This document shows positions 24,338 through 38,029 of a DNA stretch of 64,000 nucleotides, one piece after another. The stretch lies in assembly GCA_964016885.1 (NCBI GenBank), contig OZ024744.1:64852001-64916000 (forward strand), written 5' to 3'. The position numbers and the translations under genes are program-made. The stretch is from Eledone cirrhosa (taxonomy: Eukaryota). The notes beneath the pieces were generated by a model. That model was not told the DNA's origin. It did not search any database and saw nothing but the letters and a program-made list of their open reading frames with translations. The first letter of the stretch is position 1. Every line of letters starts with the position of its first letter.

Positions 24338-25088
24338 TATATAACTAAAACAGTCAATTGCTTAAAACTAAAATGTAAACAAATCTACATTTCAACCAAT
24401 TGCTATTCATGAACTCAAATAAACATAATCCATAAACCTACATTTAACTCCATATTTGTATGAGAAAAAGTAAAAATCAAAACCATATCCTAACCCTCCT
24501 AGCAATATAACAAACAGCCTGCACCAATCACTGGTATGGAGGTGATGGATGTCATCAAACTGCAGCAGTCATATAACATCATAGTTTCTATATTATTCGT
24601 TGTATTACATAGTTCCTATATTAAAGTATATTTTCATATTTGGGGAGGGTCATATTGTTATAATATAGCAAAAAATAGTTGGTTTCGATTGGTTTTCGCT
24701 TCTGTAGCTTTTATATCTCCATAGTTAATTTATCTGGCAATCATTGTTTTTCATTGACTAATGGTTAAAAATATAGATATAAATATATATATATAGTCTA
24801 TCAAAGTTCTTTCATCACACATCTGTGACATCATCAATGGTACTATTATGTTTCTTCCTGTTATATTGTAATGTCTATGCTGTGGAAAATATATGTAAAT
24901 ACAGTTGGTTGTTAAAAAATAAATAGCTTAAAAAAGTTGGGGTAAAGACATTACTTTATCACTGGGGAAAGAAAAATCTCACTAGCAGTTGCTACTAGGA
25001 ATTGAACTTCATATCTTTCAGATATTGGCTAACTGTTCTAAGTATCGAGCTAAAGGACTACTGACAGATCAATCAGCATCTAAATTAA

Positions 25089-25090
<2 letters not shown>

Positions 25091-25119
<29 letters not shown>

Positions 25120-25219
25120 CTTCTTCTTCTTCTTCTTCTTCTTCTTCTTCTTCTTCTTCTTCTTCTTCTTCTTCTTCTTCTTCTTCTTCTTCTTCTTCTT
25201 CTTCTTCTTCTTCTTCTTC
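25091..25219. repeat. Pure (CTT)n microsatellite
   Basis: Uninterrupted CTT run; source of the spurious poly-F and poly-K ORFs. Confidence 0.98.
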
Positions 25220-25237
25220 AGAAGTAGCAGCAAAAGC

Positions 25238-26100
25238 AGAAGCAGTGTAGTAAATAAGGCAATTAAGGATATGAAGACAGGCAAAGCAGCTGGGCCATTA
25301 GGGATAGTTGGGAAGCTTTAAATGTGGTCAATGCACAGGGGAAGTAAGCAGCAAGTGCTCACATGAATCCAGCATTATCAAATTGTTCCTAGAAGTTGAC
25401 AGCTACTGTTCCCTGGGTGAACCAATTAGAGTGAGAATGGGGGAAAAAAGTTCACAGATTTTTCGCTTAACACTTTCTCACCTCTTTCTGCTTTAACCAG
25501 CCACAGCTGGTCACTCATACCAATGTTAAGGTATTGTTCTTAAAATAAATGATATCCAAATCTTATATATTTGATATTATGTGAGATAATTATGTGAAAT
25601 AAAGTGTTTACCATGAAAATGCAATAGTAAATAAAGAGTAATATAAATGGTAAAGGGTTAAGATAAAACACAGACAGTATGATGAACAGCAATGCTGCAT
25701 GGAAGTGAGTTTTAGGCTTTGTGTGCAGAGAACCTGTGAAGATTTGATAGAAAGGAGACATGCATGCTCCGATGGATGTGTAATAGTAGTGTGCATGAAC
25801 ATTGAAACATCAATAAACTGAAAGACACACTGGGAATAAGAGGGATCAGATACAGTGTGCAGGAAAGGAGACTATGATATTATGGACATGTGATGCATAT
25901 AGAGGATGACAGCTGCATAAAAAAAGTGCCGAGTGCTCAAAGTTCATAGAAACTATGGAGGAGAAAGACCAAGGAAAGCTTGGGATGAATTGATACAAGC
26001 TGACCTTGCACATTTAAAGCTCTCAAAGGAAACGACACAGGATCGAGTTCTTTGGTGACATGCCATACTGCAGAAGACCTGCTTTCTCACATGTTCAGGA
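25238..26100 (+). mobile_element. Internally deleted RTE LINE (PHD family) with a MITE inserted
   Basis: VVNKAIKDMKTGKAAGPLGIV joined to FKCGQCTG; 3' part homologous to 28430-28850. Confidence 0.7.
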
Positions 26101-26993
26101 TGAAATGAGCATGAAAAGGGTGGTAGTTTTTACACCAATCTTCCTCATAAACATTCCCCCATCTTAATATTCCTCTGTCCCACTCCGTCATTATATAAGT
26201 ACCCAACCTTAGCCCTTGTCCACTCACCCACTCAATCCCCACCTTACTTGCCCAACTCTTTCCAGCATAGAAAAACAACCAAGCCTTCATCTCCACTCCA
26301 AGCCCAGTTCAACTCCAATCAACACACAAAAGCGGATGCACACTCCATCTTTTCCACATTCAACCCATGCCAACACAAGAAACTGGACCCCCCCTCCCCG
26401 CCTTGTACAATGATAAGATGCGCAGATATGACTGTGAATAGCTTCAAAATGGAAGAAGGTGTGAACTAGATATGGTCTTCTGTACAGCCAAGACTCAGAG
26501 CATGACAGCCATCTGGTCTAGGGAGGCCTGGAGAATAGACATTTAATGATGATGATGAATTGCTCCCCCTAAATATCCTCCACCACATCCCTGATTACAT
26601 CTTTCTTGTCCGACCCATGCAGGCAATATACTGCCAAGTGTAACCCACTCACTTCAAGGCAACTCCCATAACATGTCGTTTGCTCACCCACATTGTTGGT
26701 AAAACAACAAAAAAGCAACTGGTACACCCTTTAACGTAGTCATGCTAGTGCCATGAGAAAAAACCCACCCAGTTGATCCTCTAAGGTGGTTGTACTGGTG
26801 CTGTTACAAAAAGCTCCCAGTATATGCTGTAATGTGGTTGGTATTAAGAAGAGTATCCAGTTGTAGAATACCAAACAAGCTTAGAGAATAGACAATAAGT
26901 GGCAGTGATGATTTATATATATATATATATAAATATATATATAAATATATATATAAATATTTAATGATATTAAATAAATGGAAACTATAGTTA

Positions 26994-27052
26994 TTTTATT
27001 ATATATATTTCAAGGGTACCAAGACACATTGATACGCTTTCATCAGATAAAA
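26994..27052 (-). ncRNA. Minimal type I hammerhead ribozyme (left arm of inverted repeat ~26963-27508)
   Basis: Reverse complement of 27405-27463. Confidence 0.85.
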
Positions 27053-27404
27053 TACAAAGTTTGTTTTATAAATAGAGACATACCCATGAAAATCATACCT
27101 TATTAGTTGGAAATTCTCTGGATTGTGGAAATATATTAGGGATTTTTCAAACTTATGTGTGAATATGCAAATGAATATGTAAATAATTGAAAAACAACCG
27201 TTTATTTAAACGACTATGTAGAAGAGATAGGAGGAGACGATAAAATAGTGCTAGAGAGAGGGGGAAGAAAGAAACAAGAGAAAATGAATAAAACTCATAT
27301 AACGTTAATTTGAGGGAAATATATTCTAAGTATATATCTTAATAGTACGTGTATTTACGATTATTAGTTGTTTAAAATTTGTTTATAATATAATATTTTT
27401 CTTC

Positions 27405-27463
27405 TTTTATCTGATGAAAGCGTATCAATGTGTCTTGGTACCCTTGAAATATATATAATAAAA
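27405..27463 (+). ncRNA. Minimal type I hammerhead ribozyme (right arm)
   Basis: TTTTAT-CTGATGA-AAGcGTATCAA tgtgtc TTGGTACcCTT-GAAA-TATATAT-A-ATAAAA. Helix III is the palindrome ATATATAT; AUA triplet. Confidence 0.85.
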
Positions 27464-27507
27464 TAAATATGGTTTTATAAATATAGTTTCCATTTATTTA
27501 ATATCAT

Positions 27508-29190
27508 GAGAGCGAATTGATCTAGATGAAATGCAGTTTGGGTTTGTGTCAGGTATAAGTACCACAGACGCTCTTTTCCTTGTACGACAACTACAAGAGA
27601 AGTACCTAGCTAAAAGTAGACTTGGAGAAAGCTTTTGACAGAGTCCTCCGCTCCATTATCTGGTGGGCTCTTAGAAAACTAGGTGTAGATGAATGGCTTG
27701 TGAGAGCTATACAAGCTATGTATAATGAAACAGTCAGTAAGGTTAGAATTAACAATGAATATTGTGAAGAATTTAGTGTAAAAGTTGGCGTTCATCAAGG
27801 CTCTGTCCTTAGCCCCCTACTATTTATTATTGCCCTTCAGGCTATAACAGAGGAGTTCAAGACCGGCTGCCCATGGGAACTCCTATACACAGATGATCTA
27901 ACGCTCATAGCTGAATCAATGGCTGAACTAGAGAAGAAATTCGAAACATGGAAGCATGGCCTAGAATCAAAAGGCCTTAAAGTTAACTTGTCTAAGACTA
28001 AAGTTCTAGTTTGTAGAAAGGAAAATAGGGCACAGATGCCCTCAGGGAAATGGCCATGCTCAGTGTGTAGGAAAGGAGTAGGTAGAAACTCCATTTTATG
28101 TCCCAAATGCAAAGTATGGGTGCATAAAAGATGTAGTGGGATCACAGGTAAGCTAACTAAGAACATAGACTTTATATGTTGCCATTGCTCAGGTGCAATA
28201 AGTAGCAAGTGTCCAAAGGATACTAGTTCCTTCTATTGCCCAGATGGTTCTATAGAAATAGTAGACACTTTCCGTTACCTGGGTGACAAAATCAGCAGTG
28301 GTGGAGGGTGTTCTGAAAGTACAGTAGCCAGAGTCAGAACGGGATGGAAAAAGTTCAGAGAGCTTATACCACTGTTGGCTACAAAAGGTTTCTCTCTAAA
28401 AATGAAAGGCAGATTGTATGATGCCTGTATACGAACAGCAATGCTACATGGCAGTAAGACATGGGCATTGTGTGCAGAGGATCTACGCAGACTGGAAAGG
28501 AATGAAGCTTGCATGCTCCGTTGGATGTGTAATAGTAATCTACGCGAATGGCAAAGCATAAATGAACTAAGTGAGAAATTAGGAATAAGAGGGATCAGAT
28601 GCTGTTTACTTGAGAAGATGCTGTTTACTAGAGAAGACTACGTTGGTATGGTCATGTGATGCGCATGAAAGACGACAGCTGCATAAAAAAGTGCAGGGCG
28701 ATCAAAATTGATGGTAGTTACGGAGTAGGTAGACCCAGAAAAACCTGGGATGATCTGATAAATTCCGACCTTACACACTTGCACCTCTCTAAGACAATGT
28801 CACTGGACCGAGATCTTTGGCGCTACGCAGTAATACAGAAGACCTGCCTTGCCTATGTACAAAGCAAAACCTACAGTAAGTAGGCACCTCTTAACCAAAT
28901 ATACACCCCAATCCACTACCCCTACCCTATCCTCCCACTCCCACCAACAGCACGAGATAATGAGATCCAGATCGTGTAGGTGTCATGACAAAAGTTCCCA
29001 GTTCCACACTGTAAATGTGGTTGGTGTTAGGAAGGGCATCCAGCCGTAGAAAACCTGCCAGATAGTCCTACATGAGTGAGACACGGTCACCCGACCAACC
29101 TTGCCTCAAGTGGGACAACTCCCGTCTAACCCATGCTAGCGTGGAAAATGGACGTTAAACGAAGATGATGATGATGATGATGATGATGAT
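27508..29190 (+). mobile_element. 5'-truncated RTE-clade LINE: RT with inserted PHD finger, 3' UTR and (GAT)n tail
   Basis: ORF 27622..28659 has LEKAFDRV, GVHQGSVLSPLLF, LLYTDDL, KVNLSKTK, a C4HC3 finger and FRYLGD. Continues frameshifted in 28656..28883. Confidence 0.92.
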
Positions 29191-29419
29191 TGAATATTTA
29201 CTCCAGTAAACTGTTGAGTGCTCTAAATCAGTTATAAACATTTATATTTGTTCGACTTCCAACAAATTAAATACCCCTTCTACTTATATAAATATTTACA
29301 TATGTGTGTATGTATATATATATATGTGTGTGTATATATATATATATTTGTGTGTGTATGCGTGTGTGTATAACAGCATAATTACATATTGAAGAAGATA
29401 CCTAGCATCCATTTCCTTT

Positions 29420-29660
29420 TAGTGAACATAACCTTGGCTAGGAGGTGTTGATGTCATCAGTTGGTGTCTAGCATCCATTGGGTGTTTTGACCCGAAACTG
29501 TAACACCCTCTCAGTGGTGGCCAAATTACTGCCCATCTTTGCCTCCTGGCTTCCAACTCATCTCCTCTCTCTTGCTCCAAAGCCAACAAGAGACCCTATC
29601 AGCTGCTTCCTCCATCTTACTAACTGCAGCCTTCTTCTCTCTTCGTGTTATTCCTGTCAT
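29420..29660 (-). mobile_element. 3' end of a Hero/NeSL-like RLE non-LTR element
   Basis: GITRREKKAAVSKMEEAADRVSCWLWSKREEMSW* followed by a short 3' UTR. Confidence 0.6.
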
Positions 29661-30295
29661 ATATATATATGTGTGTGTGTGTATATATATATATATACTC
29701 ACACACACATATATATATATATATATATACTCAAAAATATATATATCCTGGACTAGGCAATGCATTATGTCCTTGAGCAAGACACTTTATTTTATGTTGC
29801 TCTTTTTTTTTGCAAGGAGTTGTGATTGGTAGATAGTATTAGCAGTGGATAAACCAATGAAAATATTGTTTCCTTGGTTTAATTTGATGAGTTCCACCCC
29901 ACTTGGTAAGTGAGTAAGGTAGGATCTTGTTTTCGTATAAGTAGGCGCCACAAAAAAAAGTGCCAAGCCCATGCTGTAAAGTGGTCATATAGGTGTCATG
30001 AGAAAAAGCACCCAGTCCATAATGTAAAGTGGTCGTGTAGGAATCACGATAAAAAGCATCCAGCCTATGCTGTAAAGTGGTTGTGTATCATGACAAAAGG
30101 CACCCAGTACACACTGTAAATATGGTTGGTGTGAGGAAGGGCATCTAGCCATAGAAACTGAGCAAAAATCAGTTCTGTGTGAGCAAAACTTGGCCCATCG
30201 ATCGGGCTGGTCTCACAATTTGACAGCTCGTCTAACTCATGTTGCCATGGAAAATGGACATTAAACAATGATACTGATATGTATATATATATATA

Positions 30296-32230
30296 TCATC
30301 ATCATCATCATCATTTTACGTCCGCTTTTCCCTGCTTGCAAGGGTGGGACGGATCCTATTCAGCACAGCATCTCTCCACTCGTCATGGTCCTTCATCATC
30401 TCCACCATGAACTTCAGCGATTTGAGGTCTGCTCTCACCACCTCCACCCATGTTTTTCGTAGTCTACCTCTACTATGTCTTCCTTCAACTGGCATTTCCT
30501 GGCATTTCTTCACCCATCGGAAATCCTCCATGTGCATCACATGTCCATACCATCGCAGTCTCCTCTCTCGCACACTACATTCTATCCCTCTCAGACACAG
30601 TTTCTCTCTCAACATATCCATGCTCGGTGGTTCAGGCACATTGACATTGTACATCCAGCCGTCGCATATTCTCTGCAGTTGCTGCCCATGTCTCACTACC
30701 ATGCAGCATCACGCTCCTCTCACAGGCATCATATAACCATATAACCAGTCTTTCGTATGCAGGGAGAAACCCTTCTTCGTCAGCAGAGGAAGCAGCTCCC
30801 TAAACTTCTTCCAACCTGTCCTTATTCTAGATACTATGGCCTCAGAACACCCCCCCTCCCATGCTAATCTGATCTCCTAGGTACCGGAAGCTATCAACCA
30901 CTTCTATAGCAACCTCCTGCATTTGAAAAATATGTCTGTCAATGCGATTTCTACTGTCTAATTTCCCTGTACATCTACTGCATACATATTTCTCCCTACC
31001 TGTTAGTTTGCCTGCTATCCCGCTACATCTCTTGTGTACCCAGGATCTCCATTGTGTGCATTTTATAGAATTTATGCCAGTTCCTTTTCTGCATATCGAA
31101 CATGGCCATTTCCCTGACGGAATCAGAGTTTTGTCCTCTTTTCTACTCATCAACACTTTTGTCTTAGCTAGGTTCACTCTCAGTCCACTTGATTCCAACT
31201 GCTATTTCCATAGCCAGAATTTATTCTCTAGCTTCTCTACTGATTCTGCTATAAGAACCAGATCGTCAGCATAGAGAAGTTCCCATGGACAGCCAGTCTT
31301 AAAATCCTCTGTTATGGCTTGGAGGACTATAATGAATAAGAGCGGGCTGAGGACTGAACCCTGATGTTTCTCCTACTTGTATCTGGAATTCCTCACTAAA
31401 CACCATTCCTACCCTGACTTTACTGACAGCACCGCTGTACAAAGTTTGCACTGTCCTCATAAGCCATTCTTCAACACCTAGTTTCCTTAGGGACCACCAG
31501 ATGACTGATCGGGGTACCCTATCAAAGACCTTCTTTAGGTCAACAAAAGCTAAGTATAGTGGCTTATTCTTCTCTAAGAATGTCTCTTGTAATTGTCTCA
31601 CCAAGAAGAGGGCATCTGTTGTAATTTTCCCAAGTACAAAACCAAACTGTATCTCATCTAGTTTGACCCTTTCTCTAATTAGTTGTGCTAATATCCTTTC
31701 TGCCACTTTCATAACCTGATCTATCAGTTTCATACACATATAATTGCTCCTCTCCAGAGCATCCCCTTTACCTTTGTAGCATTTTATGAGAATACTGCTG
31801 CACCAGTCTTTGGGTATGACACCACCATATATAGCCTGATTGATGATGTGTGCAACCAGTTTAGTGCCTACGTCCCCTGGTGCCTTCTGTATCTCAGAAA
31901 CTATCCCCGACGGTCCAGCGGCCTTACCATTTTTTATTTCCTTAATCGCCTCTTGGACCCTATATTTTTCAATCTCAATAGCTGGTCCCTCTGTCGGATC
32001 TACTGAGGGTAATTTCTCTCTCTCCCATTCGTTCTCCACATTCATCAGTCTCTCATAATGACATTTCCAGGCCTCCTTTTTCTGATCATGACACTAAGTA
32101 CACCGGCATCATACCGGACACATTTATCTCCAACAACATCCTGATTTGCACTGACACACTGCCTTTCCGTTGCAGAACATTGGCAAACCTCCTACTCTCA
32201 GCCTCCCTGCATACTAAGTACACCTGATGT
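30296..32230 (-). mobile_element. 5'-truncated RTE-clade LINE (PHD family), frameshifted
   Basis: ORFs 31299..32045 (RT), 30842..31198 (GKWPCSIC..WVHKRC..CSRC; FRYLGD) and 30316..30702 (RRLRWYGHV..RKTW). (GAT)n tail. Confidence 0.92.
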
Positions 32231-32309
32231 CTATATATATATATATATATTGTTTTTGTATTTGTTTTGCAAGATTTCTTATCTGAAAGCATGTTTTGAA
32301 ACAGATATA

Positions 32310-32614
32310 GTTATACTTTGGGAGGGTCATGCTGCCAATAAAAACACACGCACCTGTTGGTTTTCATTTCAATTTATTATAAATTTCTGGTTGGTTTGAT
32401 AACTGGATGGTTTATATATTGTCAAAAACAAGGTGTTGGACAGAACAAAGGAGAGACACAAAATAAAAACCCAGTCACTGAGGAGGTCAAAAGAGCTTTG
32501 ACAATATATAAACAACCATCTGGTTAGCGAACCAACCAGAAATTTATAATAAATTGAAGTGAAAACCAACATGTGTGTGTGTTTTTATTGGCAGCATGAC
32601 CTTCCCAAAGTATA

Positions 32615-32616
<2 letters not shown>
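32310..32616. repeat. Imperfect inverted repeat (arms ~115 bp) between TA tracts
   Basis: TATACTTTGGGAGGGTCATGCTGCCAATAAAAACACAC... versus ...GTGTGTTTTTATTGGCAGCATGACCTTCCCAAAGTATA. Confidence 0.85.
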
Positions 32617-32659
<43 letters not shown>

Positions 32660-32673
32660 CACCCATATATATA

Positions 32674-33041
32674 TGTTTAGTGTTCTGCCAGACCCAGGAT
32701 TATTTACTTGAGTAAATATCACCGGAATCTAACTACTAAATTTTATACAGAAAAGGATAAGATATATTTACAAAACACCATATCGAATACAAGTCTTCAT
32801 TTTATTATAACTCCGTTATAATTGTTGTACACAAATATCCTCGTACATATTTAGGTTTAGTCCAAGCCCGTGATTAACATGTTCATCCTCAGTGTTGTCG
32901 GTTCGAAGGAAAGGCGCCAAAGAGAGAAAGAGCTGGCTGTGTTGCCACTATTTATAACCTCTTTCCGGAAGTTGCAAAAGAGGGTTCTAGACTTTCGACG
33001 GGAAGTAACTCTAACTACTTCCCTGTCTAGAGAGCGCTACA
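32674..33041 (-). mobile_element. Possible solo LTR
   Basis: TGT...ACA ends. Minus-strand TATAAATA precedes AATAAA. CpG-retaining sequence set within TA-rich flanks; TSD not clean. Confidence 0.45.
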
Positions 33042-35324
33042 TATGTATGTGTGTTAGTGTATAAGTATGTGAATTTGTCTCTGCTTCTTTCACATTAGTA
33101 GCACAGTTAGTGGCGTTTGTTTATGCCATGCTTACATTTAAGTTCTACACTTAAGTGGTTAGATGTGTAAAAATGCATGTCTTTGGATTCCATTCCTAAT
33201 GCCAGTATACTCTGTGGCATTAGGAATCAATCCGTAGAAACCAAGCCAAAACTGGAATGTATGAACAAGGCCTATGTTATGGTATAGCATGTTATGGTCC
33301 CGTAACTTCCAAGGGAATTATAGGGATTCCATATTGACATACAGCATTTCTTGGGCATTTTAAGCCTGGCAGAGCCCATCCCTCTCCAGGTGTGAACATA
33401 GCAAATTTCTTCTAGAGAAGGATAGAGAGAGTGAGAGAATGAAAGTGAGAAAGAGATATAGAGGAAGAAAGGATGTAAGGTAAAGTTGACCTCAGTGAAA
33501 TTTGAACTCAGAGAGCAGAGAGCTGGAATGAATACCACAAAGCATTCTATCCAATGTTCTAATAACTCTGCCAATTTGCCGCCTAGTAGGGTGTTATCTT
33601 GGATTAAATACCAACTCAGTCTGTAGCAACCTGTCCAGCTCATGCCAAAAGATGTAAACCGATGGTAAGGATAATAAAGGTGATGATATAAGTACATCCA
33701 GTTGCAGAAAACAGGCCAAACAAAATGTTGAGAGAACCTTTCAGTAGTGACAATGGTTTAACCCTTTAGCATTTAAACCAGCCATATCCGGTCAGAATTC
33801 TCTTACCTCTTTCTGTTCAAACTGGCCATATCTGGCTGCCCATACTTATGTTGAGGTATTGTTCTCAAAATAAATAATATCAAAATCTCATAGATTCGAT
33901 ATTATGTGAAATAATTATGTGAAATAAAGTGTTTAGCTTAAAAATACAATAGTATATATAGAGTAAGGTAAAGAGTTAATAACTTCCCAAATATTGGTAT
34001 CATAATAAAATATACTCAGTTAACCACGTAAAGTGGTTAGTGTTAGGAAGGACATCCAGCTATAGAAGACATGTCAAACAAAGGGTTGAGAGGACTCCTC
34101 AGTCACATCATGGACACAACACCTCCCTAGTGTTGGTGCCATGACGTAAAGGGTAAAGAACCCCTTCAATCATGTATGGCCATGGGATTTGCACTTAGAA
34201 AGTTCCCCTCCAAGGCACAAGTCTGGGTAAGGTTGTTTGTGGAAGGCCAGCAGTCGCTCATGCATACCAGTCTCCTCTCTCCACGTCATCGATGTTGTCC
34301 AAGGGAAAGGCAATGACCGATACAGCTTGACACCAGTGATGTCACAACCCATTTCTACAGCTGAATGAACTGGAGCAATGTGAAATAAAGTGTCTTGCTC
34401 AAGAACACAATGCAAAGCCAATCCAAGAATTGAATTCACAACCTCGTGATTGTAAGACTGATGGTCTTACAACTAAGATATGTGCCTTCATTACCCCATG
34501 ATGTAATGCACTCAGTATACTCTGTAAAGTGGTTGGTGTTGGGAAGGACTTCCAGTTGTAGAAAAGCTGTCAAACATTGGGTTGAGAAAACTCTTCAGTT
34601 GTGTCAAGGGCATGGCAACCTCTCTAGGGTTTATGCTAGGATAAAACATATCCAATACACTCTGTAAAGTGTAGGAATGTGTGTAAATTAAATGCAGTCT
34701 CTGACCCTCATCTGACTGAATGATGACTTTGTGTGTGATGAGCAGTCCGACCTATATTAGCATGGAAAAAATACATTAAATGATGATGATGATGATGATG
34801 ATGATGATAATGATATGATGATACAGAGAGAAAGAATAGAAGAATGAATGGATAGAAGAGAGTGAAAAAAAGAGAGAATGAATGAATGAATGAATGAATG
34901 AATGAATGAATGATTGAATAAATGAAAGAATGAAAAAGGAAATAAATGAAATAAAAGAATAAAAAATGTAAATGAACAACAACAACAACGTCAACAACAG
35001 AGGCGGCAGCGTTATTTATTTAGCTGAAAAATCATTAGAAAAATGTGTCCAAGTGATTAAATGAAATCTGATGCCAGTCATATTGAGGAGAAATCAATAG
35101 TCAGCAGTACTAAAAGACCTCTCAGAAATTAGTCTGTGAGAACGGATGGAACAGAATGCAAGTAGTAGTATGTCATGGTTGTGATGTTGTTGTTGTTGGT
35201 GGTGGGGTGTAACAAGTATGGAAGGGTTTTATTCGGGGAAGAAGGAGGGGGGGAGAAAAGTTGATAAAATAGTTCGTTATTGACAATTTATAACTAGTGG
35301 TTCTTGGAAGACCTTTATGTTATA

Positions 35325-36145
35325 TGACTAAACCTCTGACTGACATGTGACAACCTCTGACATTCACATTATGTTGTATGACTTGACCTTTGACTAACAT
35401 ATACTTTGTGACTTCACCTCTAATATATTGTTTTGTGACATGACACCTGACTTACATGTTAGGTTTTGTGACCTGACCTCTAACGTGTTTTGTGACTGGT
35501 CTCTGGCTAACATAATACTTTTTGTGACCTGACCTCTAGCCTGTTTTGTGTGACTTGACCTCTAATTTATTATGTTTTGTGACTTGACCTCTGATTTACA
35601 TATTATGTTTTGTGACTTGACCTCTGATTTACATATTATGTTTTGTGACCTGACCTCTAACATAAGTTGTATGACTTGACCTCTGACTTACATATTATGT
35701 TTTGTGACCTGACCTCTATCATGTTTTCTGACCTCTGACTTACATATTATGTTTTATGACTTGACCTCTGACTTACATATGTTTTGTGACCTGACCTCCA
35801 ACATAACATGTTTTGTGACTTGATCTCTAACATGTTTTCTGACCTGACCTCTGACCTACATATTACGTTTTGTGATCTGACGTCTAACATATTACGTTTT
35901 GTGACCTGCCCTGTAACATATTCTTTTGTGACCTGACCTTTAACATTATGTTTTGTGATTTGACTTCTGACTTCCAGAATATGTTGTGTGGACTGACTTG
36001 ACCTCTGACTTACATATCGTGTAGTATGATCTGACCTCTCTTTTACATAATATATTGTATGACCTGACCTCTAACTTACATATATTGTGTGACTTTACTT
36101 TTGGTTTACATAATATGTTGTGTGACCTGACCTCTGACTGACATA
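35325..36145. repeat. Degenerate ~25-35 bp minisatellite rich in TGACCT
   Basis: Unit TTTTGTGAC(C/T)TGACCTCTGACTTACATATTATG. Confidence 0.92.
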
Positions 36146-36559
36146 TTATAATACATTGTATGTACATACATACAATGTACATATACATACATTCATTCAT
36201 ACATATACATACATATACATACATATACATACATATACATACATTCATACATACATATACATACATATACATACATATACATACATACATTCATACATAC
36301 ATATACATACATATACATACATATACATACATATACATACATATACATACATATACATACATATATCATACATACATACATATATATGTATATATATATA
36401 TCATACATACCTACATACATAATGGATGTTAACATGTTAGATAAATAAGTCCATTGTTGATGAATAATATATCTCTATCGATGGTTGTGAGCCTTGCAGT
36501 GGCTTCTAAACCCTGAAATTCACTCTTTTAATCATGTGGCTCTTAAGTCTGATCTGGAC

Positions 36560-37440
36560 CATAATTATGTATTATTGATTGCCCTGTAAGTCCTGACTTA
36601 ATCAAAAATTCTCTACCACAGTATCACTATGGCAGCAAGGAATTGGTCATATTTGACTTGTGGTGTTTCTGCATTCTTACATAAAAAAACTTGTATCACT
36701 AGCTTTTGACAGGGCAAATTTAGCCACATACATTGCATACAGAGTTACAGAGGTCTCAACATGTTGGCCTTTCTTAGCTGCATCCTTAATCTTAACCATT
36801 TCTGAAGCAGATTCCTGAAATAGTCTTACAGCATTAGACATACTGGTGTGCCACTTGTTTCTATCTTATGCCATAACATCCCAGCCAGGTCAAATTTGCA
36901 TTGTGTTAACCCTTTAGCATTTAAACTGGCTATATCTGGCCAGAATTCTCTCACCTCCTTCTGTTCAAACTGGCTGTAACGGTTGTTCATACTTACATTA
37001 ACGTATTGTTCTCAAAATAAATAATATCAAAATCTCATAGATTTGATATTATGTGAGATAATTATGTGGAATAAAGTGTTTGCCATGAAAATACGATAGT
37101 ATATATAGATTAGTGTAAATGCTCAAGGATTAAGGAGTCTTTCACACAATCCTTGAAATGTCGCTTTGATTTGTGTTGTGGTCTTGCACCAGATATTTGG
37201 GATTCTGCTGTCATCAGATCTAACAGTCTGATGACTTACCCATCAGAGTTGGTGCCTGTGAATGTGAGCTTTAATGCCGACATGGCTTCATTTTGTAATA
37301 TTTCAGTATCTACTGTGTGTGTACTCCAGTGAACCCAGAAAATGTCATGGAAGCTATATTGGTGAAAACATTCAAGGAGTTTAATGTGCTTATGATAGAC
37401 AACCCATAATTCATAGGGATACAAGAGACCAGATTAACAC
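36560..37440 (-). mobile_element. Old RTE (BovB-like) 3' fragment with a MITE inserted
   Basis: YELWVVYHKHIKLLECFHQ; homology to the KPKKRYKD and zinc-finger region of the neighbouring elements. Confidence 0.65.
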
Positions 37441-38029
37441 ATGCAATGTCCCACACTGTAAATGTGGTTGGTGTTAGGTAGGGCATCCAGCTGTAAAACC
37501 CCAGCCAATCTTACAGTCCCGTCAGAGCAAGGTATGGTGTGGCCAGTCCTGGCCAGACTTGTCTCAACACAGATGACCTGTCTGACCTATGCAAACATGG
37601 AAAAATGGACATTAAACGGTGATGATGGTGATGATGATGGTTGTATACTGCAATTTTTGTCACTTTTCTGTTTTGATTCCAAAGAAACCCTAAAAATTGA
37701 AAAAGAATCAGTTGGTTTTTTTTTAAAGGAGATACTATTTCAATATTCTAATGAACAACGCTGGTTAATTGTACTTATCAAAATGGACATTTATGGACAA
37801 CTTTAAGCTTTTGGCTATCTAATGGATGGTTTTCTACATACATACATATACACACTCACACATGCATATGTACATACATACACACACACTCACACACATT
37901 CATACACACATACATACTATCTACCTACGAGGCATGATGTAGTGGCCAAAAATCTATCCAATACAATCGCTAGAAAGGATAGTCCTAAGAATAAACATAT
38001 AAAAAGTTAATGATGTGGAGTACTAGTGG

